A stretch of DNA of 64,000 nucleotides. Origin: a bacterium. Its GTDB lineage: Bacteria; Patescibacteriota; Microgenomatia; Levybacterales; UBA12049. This document shows positions 30,161-39,490 of this stretch, in pieces. Each line of letters starts with the position of its first letter. The stretch's first letter is position 1. A model generated the notes under the pieces. That model made no database searches, was not told the DNA's origin, and worked only from the letters and a program-made list of their open reading frames with translations. Both the position numbers and the translations under genes were made by a program. The stretch is taken from positions 197,082 to 261,081 of the forward strand of contig JAJYDJ010000002.1 of the NCBI GenBank assembly GCA_021777565.1, read 5' to 3'.

Positions 30161-30261
30161 TTTTATCATCCCCTTTCATATTTAGCATAGATCACACTAT
30201 CATTTTTTGCTAATACATTTTCCACTCTTGTATTTGTGAAAAATTTGCTTATAATAAAAAT

Positions 30262-31005
30262 ATGCCAACGAAAAAAAAGACAACAACAGTGAAGAAGACA
30301 ACCGCTGCTGCTCCAGTAAAACGAACCAGAACAACATCTCGCAAAGTAAAACCCCAAGAAGAAATGTTTGTTGAAGAAGTCGTAATGACAGAAACGGCAC
30401 AATCAAAAAATTCACTTTTTGCATTTAACAAAAAGAAAACAATTCGTCTTGTTATCGGTATTTTTGTTGTTGGTGTTATTTTGTACCTCATCAGAAGTTG
30501 GTTTATCGTTGCTATTGTTAACGGACGCCCAATCTGGAGATATTCATTTGATAGACAACTTGAACAACAAGGTGGTAAGCAAGTTCTTTCTAACCTAGAA
30601 ACAAAGATGCTTATTCAGCAAGAAGCAGATCGCAGACACATCACTGTCAGTGATAAAGAACTCGCAGATTCACAAAAACAAATTGAACAAAGTCTTGCGT
30701 CCCAAAATCAGACACTTTCAGCAGCATTAACTGCCCGAGGCATGTCTATGTCTGACTTTAGAGATCAACTGTATCTGCAAAAATTAATTGAAAAACTTCT
30801 TGGGAGTCAGATCGCTGTCTCAGACACCGAAATTAATGATTTCTTGGCACAGAATAAAGATTTCCTTCCACAGGGAATGAGTGATGCAGATGCGTCCTCC
30901 AGTGCACGTGAGCAGCTTATGCAACAGAAGGTACAGACAGTATTCCCAACATATCTGGCAGGATTGCAGAAAAATGCCAAGATCATTGACTTCGTAAGCT
31001 TCTAA
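30262..31005 (+). CDS. SurA N-terminal domain / PrsA-like membrane-anchored chaperone
   Basis: Basic N-tail, TM helix, VAIVNGRPI, LIQQEA...ITVSDKE; no parvulin domain seen. Confidence 0.8.
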   Translation: MPTKKKTTTVKKTTAAAPVKRTRTTSRKVKPQEEMFVEEVVMTETAQSKNSLFAFNKKKTIRLVIGIFVVGVILYLIRSWFIVAIVNGRPIWRYSFDRQLEQQGGKQVLSNLETKMLIQQEADRRHITVSDKELADSQKQIEQSLASQNQTLSAALTARGMSMSDFRDQLYLQKLIEKLLGSQIAVSDTEINDFLAQNKDFLPQGMSDADASSSAREQLMQQKVQTVFPTYLAGLQKNAKIIDFVSF

Positions 31006-31063
31006 AGAATCTAACTGGTCCTCTGTAGGTGCCCTAAAAGAGGTTTTTCATGTGTTTGTAGTG

Positions 31064-31134
31064 TCGGGATGCCCAGAATCGGACTGGGACTACCGCACCC
31101 CCAGCGCGGCGTACTACCACTATACTACATCCCG
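31064..31134 (-). tRNA. tRNA-Pro(GGG)
   Basis: Acceptor stem CGGGATG/CATCCCG, anticodon arm CCGCG-CTGGGGG-TGCGG, T arm CCCAG-TCCGATT-CTGGG; CCA not encoded. Confidence 0.92.
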
Positions 31135-31232
31135 TTTATGGCTAAAGCCTATTTTATCACAGGAAAATGTAAATTGTTCTAGTTTTATCTCTTGTAATTT
31201 GTCTCGTGTTAGGATAATTTATCTATATACCT

Positions 31233-32336
31233 ATGGCACGTACATCTACCCCCAAAACAACCGGTGTATCCTCAGATGCAGATACAGAACACAAATTAGA
31301 AGCGGTCAAACTTGCAATGGAAGCAATTGAAAAACAATTTGGTCGCGGCTCTATTATGCGCTTTGGAGAAGCAGCCGGGAAATTAGATATTTCTGTTATC
31401 TCAACAGGGATTCTTCCTGTAGATATCGCTCTTGGAGTCGGTGGACTTCCTCGAGGAAGAATTGTAGAGATCTACGGACCTGAAGCCTCAGGTAAAACAA
31501 CGGTATGTCTTTCTGTTATTGCTCAAGCCCAAAAGCATGGGGGAGTGGCTGCCTTTATTGATGCTGAACATGCACTTGATCCACTTCGTGCGCAGCAGAT
31601 TGGGGTCAAGCTTGATGAACTCTTGATCTCACAGCCTGATACAGGAGAACAAGCACTTGAAATTGCTGAGAGTTTAGTCCGCTCTGGTGGCATAGATGTA
31701 CTCGTTATTGACTCAGTTGCAGCTCTTGTCCCGAAAGCAGAAATTGAAGGAGAAATGGGTGATGCAATGGTAGGACTGCAAGCACGACTCATGTCTCAGG
31801 CTCTTCGTAAGTTGACTGGTGTAGTTGCCAAATCCAAAACACTTCTAATTTTTACCAATCAACTCCGTCAAAAAATCGGTGTGATGTTTGGAAACCCGGA
31901 AACAACCACTGGTGGGTTAGCTCTTAAGTTCTATGCGTCAGTTCGTATCGATATCCGAAAAATCGAGACGTTGAAAGTTGGGGATAAAGTAGTTGGGTCA
32001 CGACATCGTGCAAAGATTGTGAAAAATAAAGTTGCCGTGCCATTTAGAATTGCAGAATTTGAAATTACTGAAGAAGGTATCTCTCGTGAAGGAGGCATTC
32101 TGGATGTAGCCATTGAAATGGGCATTATTCAGAAGTCTGGTGCATTTTTGCGTTACGAAGGAGAAATGCTCGGGCAAGGGCGTAGTGCAGCTATCCAGAC
32201 ACTCCAAGAGAATAAGGACCTTCAGAAAAAGATGGTGAGTCAGATTATGGACCAAGCAAAATCTCATGCTCCAATGACGGTTGGACATGAAGAAGATGAA
32301 GATGGTGAAGACAAAACTTCTGAAGAACTAGGATAG
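31233..32336 (+). CDS. recA: Recombinase A
   Basis: [32 protein letters not shown]. Confidence 0.99.
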   Translation: MARTSTPKTTGVSSDADTEHKLEAVKLAMEAIEKQFGRGSIMRFGEAAGKLDISVISTGILPVDIALGVGGLPRGRIVEIYGPEASGKTTVCLSVIAQAQKHGGVAAFIDAEHALDPLRAQQIGVKLDELLISQPDTGEQALEIAESLVRSGGIDVLVIDSVAALVPKAEIEGEMGDAMVGLQARLMSQALRKLTGVVAKSKTLLIFTNQLRQKIGVMFGNPETTTGGLALKFYASVRIDIRKIETLKVGDKVVGSRHRAKIVKNKVAVPFRIAEFEITEEGISREGGILDVAIEMGIIQKSGAFLRYEGEMLGQGRSAAIQTLQENKDLQKKMVSQIMDQAKSHAPMTVGHEEDEDGEDKTSEELG

Positions 32337-32951
32337 TTATTTCTCAAACTTCTCGTTAATCAATGCAAGTGCTTTTTCAAAAACTTCCTCTCGAGTAGTC
32401 ACCGGAAGCAATGGCATCTGATAGGTATCTGTCTCACGCTGTAACCACTCATTAAACTTTATTAGCCAAATGTGTTCAATTTTTTTAATTTCGTCAGAAT
32501 ACTTGTCTGCATCATTCCATAGGCCCCGATTGAAGATCACATCTTTCAACCTATCAACGTCGGTATCTGTTAAAAAAAGAGGAATAATTTGTTTTCCCTC
32601 AGGTTGGTACTCATGTAGCTCCTTTGGCATAAGGGCAACTCCTTCTATAACGTATGATTGCCAGTCATAGTTAGTTTCGATAAAACGCTTTACACCTTCC
32701 CATACATCACTACTTTCATTAATTTGGTTTTGTACAATTTGCTCTGGGGTAAATTTCTCAAAATACTCTTCTGGAGTAATATCTACGCTATCAAAAAGAA
32801 ATGGATATTCTTTTTTAGTGACGAGTTCCTGCATAAATGACCTGATGATATCAGTAGAGATATAGGGGATACTGAAATGCTTAGCAAGTGACTTTGCTAG
32901 ACTACTTTTACCAGCACATGGTGAACCACCAATAAGTATGATTTTTTGCAT
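32337..32951 (-). CDS. P-loop kinase (2-phosphoglycerate kinase-like)
   Basis: GGSPCAGKS, ISTDIIR, VIEGV. Confidence 0.75.
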   Translation of the reverse strand: MQKIILIGGSPCAGKSSLAKSLAKHFSIPYISTDIIRSFMQELVTKKEYPFLFDSVDITPEEYFEKFTPEQIVQNQINESSDVWEGVKRFIETNYDWQSYVIEGVALMPKELHEYQPEGKQIIPLFLTDTDVDRLKDVIFNRGLWNDADKYSDEIKKIEHIWLIKFNEWLQRETDTYQMPLLPVTTREEVFEKALALINEKFEK

Positions 32952-32989
32952 ACGGTGATTATATCAAATACTCCTGTTACAATACTCAC

Positions 32990-33568
32990 ATGGAATCCCT
33001 TTTAAATGCTGCGTTGCAATACCTTTCTCGAAGACCACGAAGTGAAAAAGAAATACGAGCATATCTTCAGAAGAAACTCCAGAAGAGGGCATGCATAATC
33101 GCAAAAGGAAAAGATGAGGAAGTACTGCTCCAGATGAGGAAAGTACTTAGTGAAGAAATAGAACAGGTGGTCAGTCGTCTCAGGGAACTTCATTTTATCG
33201 ATGATTTTGCTTTTGCCAAATGGTGGGTAGAGCAGCGTACTCGCGTCAAGCCAAAAGGGTGGCATGCAATTCTTTTTGAGCTACGGCAAAAAGGGATCAC
33301 CCAAAACGTCATTGATGATATCAAAGAAGAGATTGCACGTGGGATAGATGAAGCGAAGGCTAGTCTTGATGCTGGGGTACTAGCTCAGGACAGTGTCCGA
33401 AATGAGTTCTCCCTGGCTCTGGAGTTGGCGAAAAAGAAAATGAGAATCATAGGGACTCTGCCTAGGGAGAAGGTCTATCAGCGACTAGGAGGGTTCTTAG
33501 GGCGACGAGGCTTCTCTATGGATACGATACGGCGTGTATTTGACGAGGTTTTGCCAAAAAGTGTATAA
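32990..33568 (+). CDS. recX: Regulatory protein RecX
   Basis: YLSRRPRSEKEI, IDDFAFA, ELRQKGI, LGRRGF. Confidence 0.9.
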   Translation: MESLLNAALQYLSRRPRSEKEIRAYLQKKLQKRACIIAKGKDEEVLLQMRKVLSEEIEQVVSRLRELHFIDDFAFAKWWVEQRTRVKPKGWHAILFELRQKGITQNVIDDIKEEIARGIDEAKASLDAGVLAQDSVRNEFSLALELAKKKMRIIGTLPREKVYQRLGGFLGRRGFSMDTIRRVFDEVLPKSV

Positions 33569-33569
33569 T
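33540..33569 (+). promoter_or_regulatory. Promoter for rny
   Basis: TTGACG-18 bp-TATAAT at the end of recX. Confidence 0.6.
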
Positions 33570-33580
33570 AAGCATAGGAA

Positions 33581-33654
33581 CAGAAGGATAAATGCATATG
33601 TGCACGGATTCTTACACGATATCCCACAACGCCTAAAACACAGGCATCCTTCTG
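33581..33654 (+). ncRNA. Candidate four-way-junction RNA in the rny 5' UTR
   Basis: Closing stem CAGAAGGAT/ATCCTTCTG encloses hairpins TGCA-TATG-TGCA, GGAT..ATCC and GCCT-AAAACAC-AGGC. Confidence 0.45.
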
Positions 33655-33665
33655 CTGAATAAAAT

Positions 33666-34913
33666 ATGAGTACACAAGATGACATCCTAGATTTAGAGAA
33701 AAAGGTCCTTGCAAAAGAAGAAAAGCTTGAAAGACAATATCAGGAAATTGAAAAACTTCGCAGCGAATATATCGAAAAATTAGAAAAAGTTGCAAAGCTC
33801 ACTGCTGATAATGCAAAATCAGAACTTCTAGCAGAAGTTGAGAAGCGTGAAGCTGAAGCACTTTCAAGAATTATTTCTGAGAAAGAAGAAGCTATTAAGG
33901 CAGAGGCCAACCAAAAAGCAAAAGAAATTTTGGCTGATGCTATGCGACATGGCAAAACAGAATATGTTGCCGAATATACTGTCTCAGTTATTGAACTAGA
34001 AAATGACGAGATGAAAGGCCGTATTATTGGCCAGGGCGGACGCAATATTAGAGCATTTGAAAATGCTACCGGTGTTGACGTGTTGCTTGAGGAAGAAAAG
34101 GTTATTCGTCTCTCGTCATTTGACCAGATTCGTCGAGAAGTTGCCAAGAGATCACTCATGAAGCTTCTAAAAGACGCTCGTATCACGCCAGTGCGTATTG
34201 AAGAGATTGTTGCACAGACTCGAGAAGAGATGGAAAGAGTCATGCTTGAAGAAGGAGAAAATCTTGCGAAAGAAGTTGGCGTATACAAAGTACCAGTTGA
34301 CCTTCTCAAGATTTTAGGACGCTTCAAATTCCGCACCTCTTATGGACAAAACCTGGTCATTCATTCCTTTGAAGTTGCAAAGATTGCAGTCGCAATTGCA
34401 GAAGAAATTGGTGCTGACGTGAATGTGGTTCGCCTCGCAGGGTTATTCCATGACATTGGAAAAGTTGTTGAAGGTGATGGAAGTCATGTGAAATTAGGTG
34501 TTGATTTGTTACAAAAATTCAACTTTCCACAACCAGTTATTGATTGTGTGGCACAGCACCATGAAGACACGCCATTTACCTCAGTAGAATCCGTTATTAT
34601 GCATGTTGCTGATGCTATCTCTGCTGCACGACCTGGTGCACGTCATCAGGATGTAGAAGGGTATGTACAGCGCGTGAAAGATATGGAGAGTTTGGCCAAA
34701 CAATTTGATGGTGTCATGGATGCGTACGCATTTGAGTCAGGACGAGAACTTCGTGTCATTGTTGCACCAGAACACATGCGGGATGATGAATGCATTATTC
34801 TAGCTAACAAACTTCGTGAAGAAATGACTAAAAAAATGGCAATTCCTGGAGAAGTAAAAGTGACTGTTATTCGAGAATTTAGAGCTTCTGCAGGTGGCAA
34901 TACAAGTGCCTAA
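33666..34913 (+). CDS. rny: Ribonuclease Y (no N-terminal membrane anchor)
   Basis: Coiled coil, KH motif KGRIIGQGGRNI, RTSYGQN, HD motif FHDIGK, ADAISAARPGAR. Confidence 0.96.
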   Translation: MSTQDDILDLEKKVLAKEEKLERQYQEIEKLRSEYIEKLEKVAKLTADNAKSELLAEVEKREAEALSRIISEKEEAIKAEANQKAKEILADAMRHGKTEYVAEYTVSVIELENDEMKGRIIGQGGRNIRAFENATGVDVLLEEEKVIRLSSFDQIRREVAKRSLMKLLKDARITPVRIEEIVAQTREEMERVMLEEGENLAKEVGVYKVPVDLLKILGRFKFRTSYGQNLVIHSFEVAKIAVAIAEEIGADVNVVRLAGLFHDIGKVVEGDGSHVKLGVDLLQKFNFPQPVIDCVAQHHEDTPFTSVESVIMHVADAISAARPGARHQDVEGYVQRVKDMESLAKQFDGVMDAYAFESGRELRVIVAPEHMRDDECIILANKLREEMTKKMAIPGEVKVTVIREFRASAGGNTSA

Positions 34914-35155
34914 TCTCCTCCTCCTTTCTTATCCATAAGTCTAGTTTTGTCTGATTTCTCTGCGACAAAAAAGTATATGAATTTATACTGAATTGGTTAC
35001 AAAATCGTGCTAATCGATAACTCTTCAAATAATGAAATTTGGTCGAGAAAGATATAATTGGATGGGATGTGTGTAGCTTTGATCTGTTGACACTTAGACT
35101 TAATTCATCGGACAATAGAGTCATTCATAACTGCCCGGAATCGAGGTGATAGTTG

Positions 35156-35428
35156 ATGACAAAAAGAGACCTCATTGATATTGTTGCAAAGAAAGCAAAC
35201 CTAACTAACAAGGCAGCTCGCGAAGCTGTGCAAACTATGTTGAACTCTGTTCGTGATAGTTTGAAGAGAGGCGAAAAAGTCGTTATTACTGGTTTCGGTA
35301 CTTTCTCAGTTCGAAGTCGTAAAAAGCGAGCCGGAAGAAACCCAAAGACCGGTGAACGAATTACTATCGATGCACGCAAGGCTCCTGGATTTACCCCAGG
35401 GAAGACTTTGAAAAAAGTTGTTCGATAA
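35156..35428 (+). CDS. hup: HU DNA-binding protein
   Basis: GFGTF, GRNPKTGE, FTPGKTLK; SD GAGGTGA; possible promoter TTGACA-18-GACAAT at 35087-35116. Confidence 0.96.
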   Translation: MTKRDLIDIVAKKANLTNKAAREAVQTMLNSVRDSLKRGEKVVITGFGTFSVRSRKKRAGRNPKTGERITIDARKAPGFTPGKTLKKVVR

Positions 35429-35445
35429 AAGTAATTCTATTTGAG

Positions 35446-35487
35446 AAAGAGAAGGCTTGTGGCAGATTGTCCAGGCCTTCTCTTTTC
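35446..35487. terminator. Terminator-like hairpin after hup
   Basis: AAAGAGAAGGC ... GCCTTCTCTTT 11-bp stem. Confidence 0.65.
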
Positions 35488-35501
35488 GTTACAATACGTA
35501 T

Positions 35502-36491
35502 ATGTCACTCATCTCAGTTAATCATTTTTCAAAATATTACACCGTCTATAAAAAAGAGCCAGGGTTTATGGGCTCGGTAAAGTCGCTTCTGGTACGTAAA
35601 TATGAAGAAGTAAAAGCAGTCGATGATATTTCTTTCTCTGTAGAGTCGGGTGAATTGATCGGCTTTATTGGTCCAAATGGGGCGGGGAAAACAACGACTC
35701 TCAAATCGCTTACTGGCCTTCTTTATCCTACAAAAGGAGAGGTTTCAGTACTCGGCTATACGCCATTTGAGAGGAAGCATGCGTTTTTAAAAGAAATCTC
35801 ACTTGTCATGGGGCAGAAAAATCAGCTCCTGTGGGATCTGCCTGCAATTGACTCGTTTATCCTGAATAAAGAAATGTATGGTATTGCAGATAAAACATTT
35901 AAATCACAGTTGAATGAACTTACTGAACTTCTGGATGTAAAAGCGTTTCTTGAGATACCCATTAGAAAACTTTCATTAGGACAGAGGATGAAAATGGAAT
36001 TAATTGGTGCATTAATTCATAATCCTAAAGTGCTATTCCTTGATGAACCAACGATTGGCCTTGACGTGGTTGTTCAAAAAAATCTTCGTGAGTTTATTGC
36101 TGAATACAACAAAAAATATGAGGCAACTATTCTTCTCACCAGTCACTACATGAAAGATGTAGAGGCGCTTTGTAAGCGAGTCATTATGATTAATCATGGC
36201 AAGATCCTTTTTGATGGGGAACTGTCCAAACTTATTGAACAATATGCACCAACCAAAGAAGTCTCTGCAGTCCTTGGTAATAAGATCAGTGAAAAAGATA
36301 TAGTAAAAATTGGTGAAGTAAAAAGGTACCTTGCCCCACAAATTACTCTGCGCATCCCAAGAGCGCATATCGGTGATGCAGTGAAAAAACTTATCGAGAT
36401 TGGCAATGTTGAGGATTTATCAGTTCAAGATCCAGATATTGAAGATGTCATCCGCGATATATTTAGTGCTAAAAATCCACAGGAGTCCTAA
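35502..36491 (+). CDS. ABC transporter ATP-binding protein
   Basis: GPNGAGKTT, LSLGQR, FLDEPT, TSH. Confidence 0.95.
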   Translation: MSLISVNHFSKYYTVYKKEPGFMGSVKSLLVRKYEEVKAVDDISFSVESGELIGFIGPNGAGKTTTLKSLTGLLYPTKGEVSVLGYTPFERKHAFLKEISLVMGQKNQLLWDLPAIDSFILNKEMYGIADKTFKSQLNELTELLDVKAFLEIPIRKLSLGQRMKMELIGALIHNPKVLFLDEPTIGLDVVVQKNLREFIAEYNKKYEATILLTSHYMKDVEALCKRVIMINHGKILFDGELSKLIEQYAPTKEVSAVLGNKISEKDIVKIGEVKRYLAPQITLRIPRAHIGDAVKKLIEIGNVEDLSVQDPDIEDVIRDIFSAKNPQES

Positions 36492-36494
36492 TAC

Positions 36495-37289
36495 ATGCAG
36501 ACATATATCCTTATTGCCAAAAGTGTCTGGGATCAGAAATTTGCCTACCGTCTAAATTTTATTCTCTGGCGTGTTCGCAATGTGATTCAATTCCTTGCTA
36601 CATACTATTTGTGGTTCTCTGTAGTCCCTGTTAATGGGTCTATCGCAGGATATTCACAACATATGATGCTTACCTATGTCTTAGGCACGCTTCTCGTGAG
36701 TGCCTTTACCCTTACGACAGCACTTGGTGACGTGGGACCAGAGATACAAAATGGTGATCTCTCCAACTCACTGATCAGGCCGTTGAACTACTTTATGTAT
36801 TGGATGGCAAAAGATGCAGGAGATAAAGCTGCAAATCTTTTTTTCTCTGTTATTGAAATTGCCCTTATTATTCTACTTCTCCGTCCACCGTTTTATTGGC
36901 AAACAAATCCATGGTATCTTCTTGCCAGTGTAATTTGTATACTTCTCGCGATCGTTATGAACTTTCTCATTAATATGATTTTAGGATTTATTGCATTTTG
37001 GTCACCAGAGATTTGGGCGCCGCGTTTTCTTACGATGATTATTATTCAATTCCTTGGAGGAAGTTTATTCCCATTGGATATTTTCCCAAAAATCATGGTG
37101 CAGATTTTTCAAGTACTTCCATTTCAGTACCTTGTCTATTTCCCTTTGAAAGTGTATTTAGGGCAAATTCCCCTTATGCAAATTCTCATCGGGTTTGTGA
37201 CGATGATTGTCTGGATTGGGATTATGTGGATCTCATGTCAAATGATTTGGAGAAAAGGACTATACGTTTATAGTGCGGAAGGAAGATAA
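36495..37289 (+). CDS. ABC-2 family permease (DUF990-like)
   Basis: About 6 TM segments; IQNGDLSNSLIRP; C-terminal YSAEG. Confidence 0.88.
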   Translation: MQTYILIAKSVWDQKFAYRLNFILWRVRNVIQFLATYYLWFSVVPVNGSIAGYSQHMMLTYVLGTLLVSAFTLTTALGDVGPEIQNGDLSNSLIRPLNYFMYWMAKDAGDKAANLFFSVIEIALIILLLRPPFYWQTNPWYLLASVICILLAIVMNFLINMILGFIAFWSPEIWAPRFLTMIIIQFLGGSLFPLDIFPKIMVQIFQVLPFQYLVYFPLKVYLGQIPLMQILIGFVTMIVWIGIMWISCQMIWRKGLYVYSAEGR

Positions 37290-37292
37290 GAT

Positions 37293-38075
37293 ATGAAGAA
37301 ATATATTATTGTTTGGTGGAAACTTGTCAGTGCCACATCAGCTATTGCCCTAGCTGCACGTTTTAGTGCAATCATGTTTACTGTTGGTAAAATTGTACGC
37401 CTTGGTATGTTTTTAGTTTTTCTCTATGTCATTATGGGGAAAGCAAAAACGCTAGTAGGATTCTCACAAGATCAAATCATTCTTTTTTTCTTAACGTTTA
37501 ATTTTGTAGATACGCTGGTGCAGATGTTACTGAGAGAAGTGTATCGCTTTAGAGGATATATTGTGAATGGGACATTTGATGGATTTTTAACCAAGCCAAT
37601 TTCGCCACTATTTCGTGCACTTTTTGGGGGCGGAGATATTTTAGACATGCCAATGGTTTTGATCATGTTCTTGCTCATAGCGGCACTATGCATTTTCAAA
37701 ATTCATCCTTCTCTTGAAGGCGTAGTCCTTTATGGCTTACTTCTGGTTAATAGTTTTCTTATGGCCATGGCGTTTCATATTTTTGTAGTTGGTTTGGCCA
37801 TCAGGACAACAGAAGTAGATAGCGCCATTATGATGTATCGAGATATCACCTCACTTGGACGTATGCCAGTTGATATCTACAAGGAGCCTTTGAGAAGCAT
37901 TATTACCTTTGTGATTCCTGTTGGTATTATGATGACGTTCCCAGTGAAATTCCTCTATGGATTATTAAATTGGCAATCATTTGTGCTCGCCTGTGGTCTG
38001 AGTGCTCTTTTTTTGGTCCTGAGTGTGGTTTTCTGGAGAAATGCCCTCAGATATTATACCAGCGCCAGTAGTTAG
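37293..38075 (+). CDS. ABC-2 family permease (DUF990-like)
   Basis: IVNGTFDGFLTKP, PVDIY, YTSASS. Confidence 0.88.
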   Translation: MKKYIIVWWKLVSATSAIALAARFSAIMFTVGKIVRLGMFLVFLYVIMGKAKTLVGFSQDQIILFFLTFNFVDTLVQMLLREVYRFRGYIVNGTFDGFLTKPISPLFRALFGGGDILDMPMVLIMFLLIAALCIFKIHPSLEGVVLYGLLLVNSFLMAMAFHIFVVGLAIRTTEVDSAIMMYRDITSLGRMPVDIYKEPLRSIITFVIPVGIMMTFPVKFLYGLLNWQSFVLACGLSALFLVLSVVFWRNALRYYTSASS

Positions 38076-38098
38076 CCTTACCGTGGTATAATAATGGC

Positions 38099-39124
38099 AT
38101 GACTAGCAGAAATATCCTGATTTTGACGACTTTAATCGGTGGCGGTACATTCCTGTACTTTCAACGGTCATTCCTGGTCCCACTGATCCTGGCAGTGGTC
38201 TTTGCCTATATCTTTAGCCCCTTTGTCAGGCTTCTCAATCAAAAGCTCCATATTCCAAGACTTGTTGGCGTGATCAGCGTATACACGCTCTTGATTAGTC
38301 TTGTACTTTTGGTCGGGACACTTCTCTCTCACAGGGTAAATATCGAATCTTTGGAAATTAATACTGTTGCCAATAATGCATTGCATCAAGCACGAGTAGA
38401 AGCAAGTCTTCTCCCTGAGTGGATTCAGCCGGCAGTTATTAACGGTATCAACACGATACGCAGATCACGTATATTTACTTTCTTTACAGGTGCGACTATG
38501 TCATCACCATCGATTGATCAGGCAATCTCACAACTCACCATGTTTTTTGTATTTGTCTTTGGAAGTTTTTATTTTCTTAAAGATGGTGAGCTACTGGTTG
38601 CGCGATTTGTCTCCTTGTTCAACGAATCAAAAAGGAGTGATCTGGAGGATGTCTTTAAACAAATGAATGCAGTGCTCGGAGGTTACCTGAGAGGACAGTT
38701 ATTTCTTATCTTTTTTGTTGCACTCATGTTGTATGTGGCATTGAGTATTGTTGGAATAAAATTTGCACTCACTCTGGCCATTTTCTCAGGTTTTGCTGAA
38801 ATTGTCCCAGTCATTGGCCCTATTCTCGCAGGAACAATAGCGGTCTTGGTAGTATATATCACCAATGGGGCTGCCCACGTGTCACTCCCAGTACTTGATG
38901 TATCACTTATTGTGATTGCAATTTATTTTGTTATTCGTCAATTTGAAGATTATTTTGTTATGCCTTTTGTCATGGGAAGAATTACGAAATTACCAGCATT
39001 TGTTGTCTTTCTTGCCGTCGTTGTCGGGGGACATATCGCAGGAGTACTGGGTATGGTTCTTGCAGTACCATTTGTCGCTATGCTTCGAGTCGCTCTCCCC
39101 TTTGTGAAGAAACATTATTTGTAA
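38099..39124 (+). CDS. AI-2E (PerM) family transporter
   Basis: GYLRGQ, IVPVIGP, QFEDYFVMP, GVLGMVLAVP. Confidence 0.92.
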   Translation: MTSRNILILTTLIGGGTFLYFQRSFLVPLILAVVFAYIFSPFVRLLNQKLHIPRLVGVISVYTLLISLVLLVGTLLSHRVNIESLEINTVANNALHQARVEASLLPEWIQPAVINGINTIRRSRIFTFFTGATMSSPSIDQAISQLTMFFVFVFGSFYFLKDGELLVARFVSLFNESKRSDLEDVFKQMNAVLGGYLRGQLFLIFFVALMLYVALSIVGIKFALTLAIFSGFAEIVPVIGPILAGTIAVLVVYITNGAAHVSLPVLDVSLIVIAIYFVIRQFEDYFVMPFVMGRITKLPAFVVFLAVVVGGHIAGVLGMVLAVPFVAMLRVALPFVKKHYL

Positions 39125-39454
39125 TGTCCTAGGAAGTGAGTAAGCCAGATTCTGTTATTACATCGCAATCTATCTCACGCCTTCTAACCTTGACGCTCCT
39201 GGAAAATATATCATCGCGCCAATCGGAAGTTGCAGCAGGTGGGATTGCCCGTTTCACTCTCGCTCGTCTCTGTTGCTCTCAGACTGTGTTGATTCACATT
39301 CTGTTTATTTCTCCACATGCGAGTAAAGAGAAATAACACCAGCGCTTCTCCCTTACGGGATTATACGTCAGAGCTTACGCCCCATTCCCGATTTTCCTCC
39401 TGTCTGGACTTTCCTCTCCAATTGCTTGGAGTAGCGATCCTGCTTCCTAGGACA
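39125..39454 (-). ncRNA. rnpB: RNase P RNA (about 330 nt)
   Basis: GAGGAAAGTCC (39416-39406), AGTGAAACGGGCAATCC, 3' ACAGAATCTGGCTTA; P1 TGTCCTAGGAAG/CTTCCTAGGACA; TATAAT just upstream. Confidence 0.93.
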
Positions 39455-39490
39455 CTCGTATTATAGCTTGGATTGAAAGGAGAAGCAAAA

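Noticed and set aside
31005-31063. Integrated element at the tRNA-Pro 3' end
   Set aside because: No integrase or duplicated tRNA end seen; flanked by core genes
31052-31330. 92-aa ORF
   Set aside because: Overlaps tRNA-Pro and the recA start
33740-34336. 198-aa minus-strand ORF
   Set aside because: Antisense to rny; no independent signals
34914-35152. About 240-bp gap before hup as a possible ncRNA or small ORF
   Set aside because: No convincing stem or SD-led ORF found; only a plausible hup promoter
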